Position numbers and translations under genes: made by a program. From Patescibacteria group bacterium (lineage in GTDB: Bacteria > Patescibacteriota > Doudnabacteria > UBA920 > O2-02-FULL-48-8): DNA of 64,000 nucleotides. The stretch covers positions 30,152 to 94,151 of the forward strand of contig DASUKB010000002.1 in the NCBI GenBank assembly GCA_036278915.1, given 5' to 3'. The notes beneath the pieces were generated by a model. That model made no database searches, was not told where the DNA came from, and worked only from the letters and a program-made list of their open reading frames with translations. Below, piece after piece: positions 27,448-39,832 of the stretch (its first letter is position 1; the number at the start of each line of letters is the position of its first letter).

Positions 27448-27695
27448 AGTTAGGGAACATATTACAGCCAACTAGAGAAAAGCGTTTGGGTTGTCCACCC
27501 ATTCCTGGCCGTTGCTAGGCGCTGCGAGTAGAAATTAGCTGTTGCTAAGAGTAGAACCCGCCGGACGCAAACCGTGATTTGCAAATCAAGTGTCCAGCCC
27601 CAGTTTAATGGAACTGGGGATGGAAATCAAGATGGTACCGTCCCGCATTAATCGGGACTCTTGAACACCAAATATTTAAGGTGTTTTTTATTTTT
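27448..27695 (+). promoter_or_regulatory. Long valS leader with a T-box-like element (AAUCAAGAUGGUACCGUCCCG) and a downstream hairpin able to occlude the SD; candidate tRNA-sensing riboswitch, tentative
   Basis: A TTGACT-18-TATAAT promoter at 27406..27441 predicts a leader of about 250 nt. UGGUACCG (27632..27639) matches the T-box core AGGGUGGNACCGCG in 8 of 8 central positions. The hairpin aacacc..ggtgtt (27664..27685) overlaps the SD aaggtg. Confidence 0.25.
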
Positions 27696-29891
<2,196 letters not shown>

Positions 29892-29896
29892 GTTGT

Positions 29897-29928
29897 AAAA
29901 AACCCCAGGATAAGTTCCTGGGGTTTTT
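29897..29928. terminator. Bidirectional terminator aaaaa-ccccagga-taagt-tcctgggg-ttttt
   Basis: 8-bp GC-rich stem flanked by A- and T-runs after the valS stop. Confidence 0.6.
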
Positions 29929-29954
29929 AAAACCTAAAATCTACTATCTACTAA

Positions 29955-30530
29955 CTATTTAAATCTCACCGGCACTTCAAAGGATTTATCATTTGCCGGA
30001 TCGCCGGACGGGTTGTCGTTGTGGATCACAAGCTTGCCATAATCCGTAGTCGGCGCAGGAAATTTGAGAGTGGTATTGACGTCAACATAATCCGAAGTCA
30101 TCCAATTCTCGTCCGTATGATACCCCGTTTGCGCTAAGACATTACCATCTTCGTCCTCCAACTCGATCGGAAGATTTGCTTCAAAAAACCAGGTTCCCCG
30201 GACCTTGCCGGAAATAGTCATGGGACTTGTAACTATGTCGGCAATCTTGGGTGTGGTTATAATTACGTCCTGGTTTGTGACCGCGCTTTGATCGGTGAAA
30301 GTCTGGCCCTGCGGGGTGGTGCAGGTCGGCGGATTGGTCTGCTCTATCGGATAGCCAGCCAGAGCGCAAGAAGCATAATCAGTAGCTGTTTGGGTGTTGT
30401 TGTTCGTAGTCGGAGCTTGGCTTTTTTCCGGCATGAAGCTTAATAAAGCTATAACCACGGCCAGTACCACCACGCCGATTATAATATTACGGGTGTTATG
30501 AGCAGGCGGTTGGGGAATATTTTCATCCAT
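29955..30530 (-). CDS. Membrane-anchored extracytoplasmic protein with Gmad2-like immunoglobulin-fold domain
   Basis: N-terminal MDENIPQPP, one TM helix, Thr/Asn-rich linker, then a beta-rich domain (SPMTISGKVRGTWFFEANLPIELEDEDGNVL...). Confidence 0.45.
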   Translation of the reverse strand: MDENIPQPPAHNTRNIIIGVVVLAVVIALLSFMPEKSQAPTTNNNTQTATDYASCALAGYPIEQTNPPTCTTPQGQTFTDQSAVTNQDVIITTPKIADIVTSPMTISGKVRGTWFFEANLPIELEDEDGNVLAQTGYHTDENWMTSDYVDVNTTLKFPAPTTDYGKLVIHNDNPSGDPANDKSFEVPVRFK

Positions 30531-30598
30531 AAGTTTTTGAGAGGATTAATGCAACCTCATTCTAATATTAATCCAAAAATTAGACAAGGCGATGTTGA

Positions 30599-30616
30599 GT
30601 CGACTCATGAGTCGAC
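30599..30616. promoter_or_regulatory. 18-bp perfect palindrome GTCGACTCATGAGTCGAC, 70-85 bp upstream of the Gmad2-like gene start; candidate dimeric-regulator operator
   Basis: Read directly; sits between the rpoC terminator and the downstream gene. Confidence 0.3.
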
Positions 30617-30623
30617 GTATTTC

Positions 30624-30650
30624 AAAACCAGGCTCATAGAGCCTGGTTTT
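30624..30650. terminator. Bidirectional terminator aaaa-ccaggctc-ata-gagcctgg-tttt downstream of rpoC
   Basis: Perfect 8-bp stem with flanking A- and T-runs. Confidence 0.6.
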
Positions 30651-30670
30651 CTGATTACTGTATTATTTTA

Positions 30671-33600
30671 CTAGATGGCGTTGTCTGCGGCTTCAGCTGC
30701 TTCTTTCTCGGCCAGCGCGTCTTGGCGGTAGCCAGTGCCGGCGGGAATAAGTTTGCCAATAATGACATTCTCCTTGAGACCCCGCAAATAATCTGTCTTG
30801 GCGGTCACAGCCGCTTCGATAAGCACGCGGGTAGTTTCCTGGAAACTTGCCGCGGCCAGGAACGACTCGGTGTTGAGCGATGACTTGGTAATGCCCATAA
30901 GCAGTTGTTCAACTTCTGCTTTGCGGCCAGCTTCCCCAACTTTGGCATTAGACAGAGCCAAACGGGATTTGTCTATAAGGTCTCCGGACAAAAGTTCGGT
31001 ATCGCCGGCTTCCGTGACCCGGACTTTGGAAAACATCTGCCGGACAATAATTTCAATGTGCTTTTCGTTGACGTTCTGTCCCTGGGAGGCGTAAATTTCC
31101 TGAACTTCTTTAATGATGTAATCCTGACAGGCTTCAATCCCCCGCAATTCAAACAACTGATGCAAATTAAGGTTGCCTTCGGTTAGAGGCTGGCCCTTGT
31201 AAACCAATTCATTTTCTTTGACGATGAGCGAGAATCCAGCCGGAATTGTGTACTCTTTGAAATTCTCGGAGTCACGGATGACCACCAGTTTATCTTTTTC
31301 AATTTTAACCACGCCAGCGTTGTTGGCCTTAACAGTCGCGCCTTCGGTATCCACAAACAGCGGATCGCCTGCCGCTACAGTTTCTCCGTCTTTAATCTCG
31401 GTCTTGGGACTGGGCAGCGCGTATTCATCTTTGGAAATATCTTTGGCTTCAATGCGGATGACTGACTCCTTGTTGGAAGTTTTAATCGACGCCACATAAC
31501 CATTGATTTCCGAAATTGAAGCCTGGCCTTTAGGCTCACGCGCTTCAAGCAGTTCCTCCACGCGCGGCAAACCTTGAGTAATATCTAGTCCCGCGATACC
31601 GCCGGTATGGAATGTACGCATAGTCAGCTGGGTGCCTGGTTCGCCGATGGCCTGCGCCGCCACAATTCCTACGGCCGCGCCCAATTCCACGGGCCGGTTG
31701 AAACCCAAATCGTAGCCATAGCATTTAATGCACACGCCGCGCGTGAGGGTGCAGCGCAAGACCGTACGGACCTCGACTTCGGATACCCCAGATTTATCTA
31801 TTTTTTCGGAAAGTTTGTCGTCAATGTAAGTGCCCGCTTCGGCCACCATCTGTCCGTGCTCGTCTTTAATATCGGAGGCTAGCACCCGGCCAAAAATCCG
31901 GCGAGCCAAAGGCCGGCCAAGCGCTTCGCTTGAGGCGCGGGTGATAACTCGACCATCGTGAGCACCGCAATCTTCGGCGTTAACCACTAAATCCTGGGCC
32001 ACGTCCACCAGCCGCCTCGTCAAATAGCCTGCGTCGGCTGTGCGGAGCGCGGTATCTGTCATACCTTTTCTGGATCCGTGCGTAGAAATGAAATATTCCA
32101 AAATGTTCAGGCCCTCTTTGAATGAATCCCTGGCCGGCAGTTCGATAACTTCTCCGGCCGGATTGGTAACCAAGCCTTTCATGCCTGCCATCTGCGCAAT
32201 CTGCGATACGGATCCGCGCGCGCCGGAGTTGACCATCTGGTAAACCGTACCGTACTCGTCTAGAGTCGTGGTCACGGCTTCCGTGACTTTGTCGCGGACT
32301 TCGGCCCAAATTTCTATAACGCGATTTTGACGCTCCTTGGCTGTAAGCAATCCTTGCTGGTATTGTTCGAATGTACGTAAAACTTCGGCGTCTGCTTCCT
32401 TAAGCAACTGCGCTTTGATTTCCGGAACTTTCAAATCTGCCATACCCCAGGAGATGCCGGACTTTGTAACGTAATGGAAACCGACACGCTTGATGTCGTC
32501 CAGGAGTTGAGCCGTGCGCTCTATGCCAAAGTCGCGATAACAAATCTGCACGACTTTCTGCAGCATCTTTTTGTCCATGGTCTCGTTGACGAAGCGCATG
32601 TCTTCGGGCAAAACTTCATTAAACAGCACGCGTCCGACGCAAGTTTCCACCAACCCTTGATTGCCCCAGTTCTCACCCATGCGGATTTTGACGCGGGCCT
32701 TAAGCGTGATGATTTCTGATGCGTAAGCCAACATTGCCTCAGCAGGAGAGGAGAAAACCCGGCCTTCGCCTTTTTCATTTGGGTGAATGCGCGTCAGCCA
32801 ATAGCAACCCAGCACCATGTCCTGGTTTGGACCCATAATCGGTTCGCCGGATGCCGGTTTGAGCAAATTTTTGGCAGAAAGCATTATAGTTTTGGCCTCT
32901 TCCTGTGCTGCGGCAGTCAGTGAAACGTGGACAGCCATTTGGTCGCCGTCAAAGTCGGCGTTGAACGCCGGACAAACCAACGGATGGATTTGGATAGCCT
33001 TGCCTTCTATGAGCACGGGTAAAAACGCCTGAAACCCGAGACGGTGCAAGGTGGGGGCTCGGTTGAGTAAAACATAGTGATCTTTGGTCACTTCTTCTAA
33101 AATATCGTAGACTTCGGTCCGGCCTTGTTCAATTAATCGATTAGCCGAACGGACATTGTGCGCGTATTCGCGCAAAATCAATTTAGAAATAACAAACGGT
33201 TTGAACAGTTCCAAAGCCATTTTCTTGGGCAGGCCGCATTGGTGCAGTTTCAAATTCGGACCGCCGACGATGACCGACCGGCCGGAATAATCCACGCGTT
33301 TGCCGAGCAGGTTTTGGCGGAACCGGCCTTGTTTGCCTTTGAGCATGTCAGCCAAGGATCGCAGTTTGCGCTTCTGGCCAGTGGAGGCAGTCACCTCTTT
33401 GCCGTGGCGGATAGAGTTGTCGATGAGGGCATCCACCGCTTCCTGAAGCATGCGCTTTTCGTTGCGGGTAATAACTTCCGGCGCGCCGATTTCCAAAAGC
33501 TTTTTGAGACGGTTGTTGCGGTTGATAACGCGGCGGTAAAGGTCATTTAAGTCGGATGCGGCAAACCGGCCGCCGTCTAACTGCACCATCGGCCGCAGAT

Positions 33601-34558
33601 CCGGCGGAATCACCGGGAGATTTGAAATAATCATCCATTCCGGTCGGATGCCGGCGCGAATCATAGACTTCACTAATTTCAGGCGCTTGGTAAGCTTGCG
33701 CTTGTTCACACCCTCGGCAGTATTTATCTCTTCCTGCAACTCCTGGAATAATTTTTCCAAATCTAGTTCTTCCACCAGCTGCTGAATGGCAGCCGCGCCA
33801 ATACTTGCTGCAAACACGGGGCCATATTTAAGCGACAGGTCGCGATATTCCAATTCCGAAATTATCTGGTATTTTTTAATGGACTTGAGTTCTGAACGGG
33901 CCAGGTCACGAATCGACTCTAAATGTTCCAATTCGTGGCTTAATAGATCGCGGACGCGCATGGTCTCAGCATCTTCCTTTGCCGCCTTAAGATCTTTGTC
34001 TTCTGTTTCCGGCTTACCGGTTTCCGCTTTCTGTTTGGCTTGCTTAATCAGCGATTCATAACGAGCTTCAATTTCTTTCTTCTTGCTTTTAAATTCGCGC
34101 TCAATTTGTTCCATAGTTGAAGCTCTGGCATCTTCGTCCACGGACGTAATTATATACGCGGCAAAGTACACGACTTTCTCCAATTCCTGCACGGACAAGT
34201 CGAGCACCAATCCCAGCCGGGATGGCACGCCGCGCAAAAACCAGATATGCGCCACGGGTGCCGACAACGCTATGTGCCCCATGCGTTCGCGCCGCACGGC
34301 TGCGCGAGTCACCTCAACGCCGCACTTATCGCAAACTATGCCTTTATAGCGGATGCGCTTGTATTTACCGCAGTAGCATTCCCAGTCCTTAATCGGACCG
34401 AAAATTTTCTCGTCGAAAAGCCCGTCTTTTTCCGGGCGCTGAGTGCGGTAATTGATAGTCTCAGGCTTAGTAACTTCACCGTAGGACCAATTCAGAATAT
34501 CCTGCGGCGAGGCAAGCTTGAGACGAACCGCCTTAAATTCTTCTGTCTGCGTAGGCAT
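30671..34558 (-). CDS. rpoC: DNA-directed RNA polymerase subunit beta'
   Basis: Zinc-binding [18 protein letters not shown] catalytic motif, bridge helix, trigger loop; 1295 aa. Confidence 0.97.
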   Translation of the reverse strand: MPTQTEEFKAVRLKLASPQDILNWSYGEVTKPETINYRTQRPEKDGLFDEKIFGPIKDWECYCGKYKRIRYKGIVCDKCGVEVTRAAVRRERMGHIALSAPVAHIWFLRGVPSRLGLVLDLSVQELEKVVYFAAYIITSVDEDARASTMEQIEREFKSKKKEIEARYESLIKQAKQKAETGKPETEDKDLKAAKEDAETMRVRDLLSHELEHLESIRDLARSELKSIKKYQIISELEYRDLSLKYGPVFAASIGAAAIQQLVEELDLEKLFQELQEEINTAEGVNKRKLTKRLKLVKSMIRAGIRPEWMIISNLPVIPPDLRPMVQLDGGRFAASDLNDLYRRVINRNNRLKKLLEIGAPEVITRNEKRMLQEAVDALIDNSIRHGKEVTASTGQKRKLRSLADMLKGKQGRFRQNLLGKRVDYSGRSVIVGGPNLKLHQCGLPKKMALELFKPFVISKLILREYAHNVRSANRLIEQGRTEVYDILEEVTKDHYVLLNRAPTLHRLGFQAFLPVLIEGKAIQIHPLVCPAFNADFDGDQMAVHVSLTAAAQEEAKTIMLSAKNLLKPASGEPIMGPNQDMVLGCYWLTRIHPNEKGEGRVFSSPAEAMLAYASEIITLKARVKIRMGENWGNQGLVETCVGRVLFNEVLPEDMRFVNETMDKKMLQKVVQICYRDFGIERTAQLLDDIKRVGFHYVTKSGISWGMADLKVPEIKAQLLKEADAEVLRTFEQYQQGLLTAKERQNRVIEIWAEVRDKVTEAVTTTLDEYGTVYQMVNSGARGSVSQIAQMAGMKGLVTNPAGEVIELPARDSFKEGLNILEYFISTHGSRKGMTDTALRTADAGYLTRRLVDVAQDLVVNAEDCGAHDGRVITRASSEALGRPLARRIFGRVLASDIKDEHGQMVAEAGTYIDDKLSEKIDKSGVSEVEVRTVLRCTLTRGVCIKCYGYDLGFNRPVELGAAVGIVAAQAIGEPGTQLTMRTFHTGGIAGLDITQGLPRVEELLEAREPKGQASISEINGYVASIKTSNKESVIRIEAKDISKDEYALPSPKTEIKDGETVAAGDPLFVDTEGATVKANNAGVVKIEKDKLVVIRDSENFKEYTIPAGFSLIVKENELVYKGQPLTEGNLNLHQLFELRGIEACQDYIIKEVQEIYASQGQNVNEKHIEIIVRQMFSKVRVTEAGDTELLSGDLIDKSRLALSNAKVGEAGRKAEVEQLLMGITKSSLNTESFLAAASFQETTRVLIEAAVTAKTDYLRGLKENVIIGKLIPAGTGYRQDALAEKEAAEAADNAI

Positions 34559-34580
34559 ATAAATGAACTTCCTCGGTCTA

Positions 34581-34614
34581 ATTTCTAAACTGTTTAGATC
34601 AATTAGAAATTAGG
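34581..34614 (+). repeat. Second copy of the shared intercistronic element (atttcta..ttagatcaattagaaattagg) in the rpoB-rpoC spacer
   Basis: 21-nt exact match with 18914..18934. Confidence 0.7.
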
Positions 34615-34625
34615 TCAATTAAAAA

Positions 34626-37600
34626 TTATTTTTTTGCCTTTTTCTTTTTGGCTTTGCCGTCTGCGGCCACAAGTTCGGTTTCGGCAAATTTTTCGTCTGT
34701 AGTCGCTAATTCGCGAATCTCACCGGCCGTATCGGGGATAACCTCGTCTGGTGTTTCTACCAAAGCCTCACCCACCAATTCAACATTCAGGCACAGTGAT
34801 TGTAATTCTTTAACCAGCACGCGGAAAGATTCCGGCACATTCGGTTTTTTAATTGGCTCGCCTTTGACTATGGATTCGTATGTTTTGGCGCGCCCGACCA
34901 CATCGTCGGATTTGATGGTCAGCATTTCCTGCAGAGTATGCGCCGCGCCATATCCTTCCAGCGCCCAGACTTCCATTTCGCCAAAGCGCTGGCCGCCAAA
35001 CTGGGCTTTGCCGCCCAAAGGCTGTTGGGTAATAAGCGAGTAAGGCCCGGTGGAACGGGCGTGCATCTTGTCGTCCACTAAATGATGAAGTTTAAGCATG
35101 TAAATAATGCCAACTGTGACTTTTTCCACGAACTGAATGCCGCTCTTGCCATCATAGAGACGGACCTTGCCGTCCTCAGGATACCCGGCGCGCTTAAGCT
35201 CGGAGCGGATGATTTCTTCTGGCACGCCATCCAGGGCAGGAGACGCCACGGTGTAGCCGAGTTTGAGTCCGGCCAAGCCCAGGTGTGTTTCTAAAATCTG
35301 CCCGATGTTCATACGTGAAGCCACGCCCAAGGGGTTGAGAATAATATCGACCTGCCGGCCGTCTTCCATAAACGGCATATCTTCCACTGGAATGACCTGG
35401 GAAATAACGCCTTTGTTGCCGTGCCGGCCGGCCATTTTGTCGCCGACTTGAATTTTGCGCAGTACTGCAACTGAAACTTGAATAGATTTAATGACTCCAG
35501 ACGGGAGCTTGTCGCCCTGTTCGCGGCTAAATTCTCGAATGTGCACTACTTTGCCGTACTCGCCGTGAGGCAAAGTCAATGAAGTATCTTTTACATCGCG
35601 GGATTTTTCGCCAAAAATTACGCGGAGCAGTTTCTCTTCGGCCGTAAGGTCAGTTTCACCTTTCGGAGTAATCTTGCCGACCAAAATATCGCCCGCGGAA
35701 ACCTGCGCCCCGATCCGGATGACTCCATTTTCATCCAAATCCTTGAGTTTTTCTTCGCCGACATTCGGAATGTCGCGGGTTATAATCTCCGGCCCGAGTT
35801 TAGTGTCGCGCACGTCAATTTTGAAATCTTCTATATGAATCGATGAATAACGGTCATCCTGCACGACTTTGGATGAGATCAAAATCGCATCTTCGTAATT
35901 GCCGCCTTCCCAAGACATAAAAGCCACGAGCATATTCTGCCCCAGCGCCAGTTCGCCATGGTCAATGGATGCGCCGTCGGCTAGTGGGTCCCCGGCCTTA
36001 ATCGCCTGTCCTTTTTGGACCATTGGATGCTGGTTGATGGAAGTGGAAGTATTCGAACGGATAAATTTAAGCAGCGGGTATTCGCGCTTTTTGCCGTTTT
36101 TCTCAAGCAATACTACGCGTTCGGACGTGACGGAGGATACCACGCCGTCTTCTTCGGCTATCAAGACTTGTCCGGAGTCATAAGCAGCTTTGCCTTCGAC
36201 TCCCGTGCCTACGATTGGCGCTTCCGGCTTAATGCACGACACAGCCTGGCGTTGCATGTTGGAACCCATGAGCGCGCGGTTGGCGTCATCGTGTTCCAAA
36301 AACGGAATTAAAGATGTCGTCACGGAAATAATCTGCTTCGGTGAGATTTCGAGATAATTTATTTCGGAAGTTTCGGCAATTGAAGGCTCGCCATGGACCC
36401 GGACGCTGGTGCGCTCATCTGCGAAGTAGCCGTCCTCGTTAATTTTGGTCGTGGCCTGGCCGATAATAACAAATTGCTCTTCGTAAGCGTCAAGGTACTC
36501 CACATCATCAGTGACGTTCGGTTTAATTCGAATCGAAATTAAAGATTTGTTGGCAGCAAGTTTGCTGGCTTGGTCTTTGGAAATTGTTTCTCCGGCATGC
36601 ACCACAATCTGTCCCTTTTCGTCATTCAAATCAAAAAGCGCGATGTGCCCGGCGGCTTCCTTGCCGTCATTTGCAACCTCATTGAGGACTTTACGATATG
36701 GTGTTTCTATAAACCCGAAGTCATTGATGCGGGCAAAGCTTGCTAAATGTGCAACGAGACCGATGTTCGGACCTTCCGGCGTGGTAATTGGACACAACCG
36801 GCCGTAGTGGGAGCGGTGCACGTCGCGGACTTCAAATCCTGCGCGTTCGCGCGAAAGACCACCAGGACCAAGCGCAGAGAGGCGGCGCTTGTGTTCCAGT
36901 TCTGCTAAAGGATTGGTCTGGTCCATAAACTGCGAAAGCTGGGAGGATGAGAAAAATTCCTGAATGACCGCAACAATCGGGCGGACGTGTATAAGCTGGG
37001 CCGGAGTTACGGTTTCTATGTCCGCCAAACTCATGCGGTCTTTGGCAATGCGGCTCATACGCGCCAATCCCACGCGGAATTTGGCCTGAATAAGTTCGCC
37101 CACGGACTTCACGCGGCGGTTAGAAAGATGATCAATGTCGTCCCATGGCCCTTGGGTGTTGTTGAGACGGATAATTTCGCGGATAATACCTGTGAGATCG
37201 GCCTTCGTGAGAATTTTATCCTCGCGGTCGTCAACATTGAGGCGCTGGTTGAGCTTGTATCGTCCGACTTCAGACAAATCATACCGATCGGCATGGAAAA
37301 ACATAGCTTCAATCAAAGATCGAGCATTATCTACGGTCGCCAAATCACCTGGACGGATGCGCTTGTAAACTTCCTTAAAACCTTCATCAGCGGACTTGGA
37401 AGGGTCCTTGTCCAAAGTATTTTGGATGTAGCGCATGTCAGGGTTGGTATCGATGTCAGACACCGCGGAAAGCATTTCTTCCTCCGAAGCATAGCCAAAC
37501 ACGCGCATGAGCGCGGTCACAGGAATTCGACGCTTGCGGTCAATTTTCACGGACATGACGCCATTGGCATCGGTGTCTATTTCAAGCCAGGCGCCGCGGT

Positions 37601-38123
37601 TAGGAATAATTTTGGCACCGTACCAATTGCGGCCGCGGGCCATTTCCCCTGTAAAAAACACGCCCGGAGACTTTACCAACTGAGATACGACCACGCGCTC
37701 CACGCCGTTTATGACAAACGTGCCGCGCGGAGTCATCAATGGAAAGTCACCCAGATACACGTCCTGGGTTTTGGTCTTGCCTGTAACTTTGTTGACCAGC
37801 TTTACCGAAACGTAAAGCGGTGCTTCAAAGGTCGTGTTTCGTTCCTTGGCCAGCTTTTCGTTGTATTTGGGTTTATCTAAGTAGTATTCTCCGAAAAACA
37901 ATTCTAGGTTTTTACCAGTGAAGTCTTTAATAGAATTGATTTCCGCAAACAGTTCAGCTAATCCCTTATCCAAAAACCACTTGTAGGATCGCAGCTGCGA
38001 TTCAATCAAATTTGGCATCTCCAAAACTTCGGAGAAGCCGGTAAAATATTTCCTAACCCCCCGATGGCGGGTAGGAACACTTAATTTAAGGCTTAGGTTA
38101 GCCGTTTTCACTTTTTGAGACAT
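34626..38123 (-). CDS. rpoB: DNA-directed RNA polymerase subunit beta
   Basis: Rifampicin-cluster region, GEMEVWALE, 1165 aa; the N-terminus is about 12 aa longer than usual and contains an imperfect palindrome cctaacccc-ccgatgg-cgggtagg (38041..38064). Confidence 0.97.
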   Translation of the reverse strand: MSQKVKTANLSLKLSVPTRHRGVRKYFTGFSEVLEMPNLIESQLRSYKWFLDKGLAELFAEINSIKDFTGKNLELFFGEYYLDKPKYNEKLAKERNTTFEAPLYVSVKLVNKVTGKTKTQDVYLGDFPLMTPRGTFVINGVERVVVSQLVKSPGVFFTGEMARGRNWYGAKIIPNRGAWLEIDTDANGVMSVKIDRKRRIPVTALMRVFGYASEEEMLSAVSDIDTNPDMRYIQNTLDKDPSKSADEGFKEVYKRIRPGDLATVDNARSLIEAMFFHADRYDLSEVGRYKLNQRLNVDDREDKILTKADLTGIIREIIRLNNTQGPWDDIDHLSNRRVKSVGELIQAKFRVGLARMSRIAKDRMSLADIETVTPAQLIHVRPIVAVIQEFFSSSQLSQFMDQTNPLAELEHKRRLSALGPGGLSRERAGFEVRDVHRSHYGRLCPITTPEGPNIGLVAHLASFARINDFGFIETPYRKVLNEVANDGKEAAGHIALFDLNDEKGQIVVHAGETISKDQASKLAANKSLISIRIKPNVTDDVEYLDAYEEQFVIIGQATTKINEDGYFADERTSVRVHGEPSIAETSEINYLEISPKQIISVTTSLIPFLEHDDANRALMGSNMQRQAVSCIKPEAPIVGTGVEGKAAYDSGQVLIAEEDGVVSSVTSERVVLLEKNGKKREYPLLKFIRSNTSTSINQHPMVQKGQAIKAGDPLADGASIDHGELALGQNMLVAFMSWEGGNYEDAILISSKVVQDDRYSSIHIEDFKIDVRDTKLGPEIITRDIPNVGEEKLKDLDENGVIRIGAQVSAGDILVGKITPKGETDLTAEEKLLRVIFGEKSRDVKDTSLTLPHGEYGKVVHIREFSREQGDKLPSGVIKSIQVSVAVLRKIQVGDKMAGRHGNKGVISQVIPVEDMPFMEDGRQVDIILNPLGVASRMNIGQILETHLGLAGLKLGYTVASPALDGVPEEIIRSELKRAGYPEDGKVRLYDGKSGIQFVEKVTVGIIYMLKLHHLVDDKMHARSTGPYSLITQQPLGGKAQFGGQRFGEMEVWALEGYGAAHTLQEMLTIKSDDVVGRAKTYESIVKGEPIKKPNVPESFRVLVKELQSLCLNVELVGEALVETPDEVIPDTAGEIRELATTDEKFAETELVAADGKAKKKKAKK

Positions 38124-38225
38124 AAAATAATCCCTCTTTTTGCCATATGCAAAAAGAGCCGCGGCAGGCTACTTCTTTATAATGTTGTATATCACATCCG
38201 TATATTAAACCATCCAAAAACTTTG

Positions 38226-39458
38226 TCAAGTTGCACTTTCTTGCAAGTGCCTATGAAAAGGTTTAAGTAGTATTCCCAGGCCAATCAACAATAACCCGAC
38301 CACTGCAATCAAAATCGATAGCGGCAGCACATCTGCGATAATCCCTACGATAATCGTGGGCAGCGTGGCGGCCGCGTGCTGTAGCACGTAGAGCGAACCA
38401 TAGACCCGGCCGCGGATGTCCGAGGCGGCATGAGTCTGCAAAATTGAGTGGCTTGGGGCGAATATATGCGAATTAAAATATCCGGCGCCAATTGCGATAA
38501 TCGCATAATAAAATAGCTTATAAGGCAGGTTGTTGACCAACGACAGCAGCACCACCGCCACGCCCATGCCATAGAAACCCACGGTCACGAGCTGCACGCG
38601 CGACCGCCTTCGCTCCTCCGTGCCCAAAAGCAGAGCCCCGGCCAAAATTCCTAACCCCAGTGGCAAGATGGCCAGAAACGATCCCCGATCCAAATCCAAA
38701 CCCAAACTTTTTTCTATAAACGCCGGGGCAATCGTAATAAGCGTGCCGTTTATAAATTGCACGGAAAGCAAAGCCAAAAGAGGAAAATGCAGTTTGTTGT
38801 TGTCCCAAAAATGCTGAATCCCTACCAGGAACTCGCCCCAAATATTTTTGATCAAATGACGAGTTTGACCCAAGCCCATCCGCAGGTTTGGCAGAAGCGA
38901 CGTAGCAATGGTGGCGATTATAAGAAGCGCAAATCCAGCCAAAAATGGCGCGCGCGGTCCAAACCACGCCACCAAAGGCCCGGCCGCGGCAAAGCCCGCG
39001 ATAAGAGCAAAGCTCCCGGTGAATGAAAAGTAGCTGTTGGCCACAAGCAGATCTTTTTTGTCCACCAAATTGGGAATCGAAGGCGCTTCAGCCGGCAGAT
39101 AAAATTGATTAAGCGATGAATAAATAAAAGTAACAACCACCAACCCCCAAAAATTATTGAGGAATGGAATATAAAGAGCTACGGCCAAGGCCTGCAAAAA
39201 ATTAATAATAGTTAGAAGCCATTTGCGATCAAACCGGTCGGCGTAAACTCCAGCCAAAGCGCCGAAGACCATGGTTGCTAGTCCGAACGCAAACACCAAA
39301 ATACCAACCGAAGCTGAAGATTTGGTCAGGTCAAAAACCTTAAGCAGTACGGCAAAGCTTAGAAGATAATTGGTAAGCTGGGATGCAACCTGTGAGATCC
39401 AAAGCTTGGTAAAGTTGGTATTTTTGAGAACCTCCAAATACGAACCTAGGGTAGCCAT
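38226..39458 (-). CDS. MFS transporter
   Basis: 12 predicted TM helices with the GALAGVYADRFDRK MFS motif. Confidence 0.8.
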   Translation of the reverse strand: MATLGSYLEVLKNTNFTKLWISQVASQLTNYLLSFAVLLKVFDLTKSSASVGILVFAFGLATMVFGALAGVYADRFDRKWLLTIINFLQALAVALYIPFLNNFWGLVVVTFIYSSLNQFYLPAEAPSIPNLVDKKDLLVANSYFSFTGSFALIAGFAAAGPLVAWFGPRAPFLAGFALLIIATIATSLLPNLRMGLGQTRHLIKNIWGEFLVGIQHFWDNNKLHFPLLALLSVQFINGTLITIAPAFIEKSLGLDLDRGSFLAILPLGLGILAGALLLGTEERRRSRVQLVTVGFYGMGVAVVLLSLVNNLPYKLFYYAIIAIGAGYFNSHIFAPSHSILQTHAASDIRGRVYGSLYVLQHAAATLPTIIVGIIADVLPLSILIAVVGLLLIGLGILLKPFHRHLQESAT

Positions 39459-39832
39459 TGACGTTTTTTGGGTTTAGTGATATGCGGTCCGCTGCTGTAT
39501 ATAGGCTTGAGCATGCCCTGGCCTTTTTGGGCCATAATCTTTTGGAAATTAAAATTCGAAGTAGGCACAATTGGCACCTTCAGTGCGAAAGCCAAGGCGT
39601 TTGCGGCCACTACTCCCTGCCGAATGGCGCTGAAAAAGCTGCCACCTGTGCGTACTGCAAGCTTTTCCACGTCAGAAAATTTTAATTTATGTTTCCGCAG
39701 GAATGCCGCGATTACATTGGGCAAATCTTCGGCGCGTGCATTGGAAATCTGCTGCCGAAAAATTTTATCCGCAGAAATAGCAGCCGCTATTTCCGGCTTG
39801 TCTTGATTGGTCGTATCCAGGTAAAGCAACAT
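39446..39832 (-). CDS. tsaB: tRNA threonylcarbamoyladenosine biosynthesis protein TsaB (YeaZ), N-terminal domain only (128 aa)
   Basis: MLLYLDTTNQD...VRTGGSFFSAIRQGVVAANALAFALKVPIV matches the YeaZ dimerisation core; its 3' end overlaps the MFS gene start by 13 nt. Confidence 0.65.
   Translation of the reverse strand: MLLYLDTTNQDKPEIAAAISADKIFRQQISNARAEDLPNVIAAFLRKHKLKFSDVEKLAVRTGGSFFSAIRQGVVAANALAFALKVPIVPTSNFNFQKIMAQKGQGMLKPIYSSGPHITKPKKRQWLP

Noticed and set aside
36987-37880. 297-aa + strand ORF antisense to rpoB
   Set aside because: Shadow ORF inside the most conserved part of rpoB.
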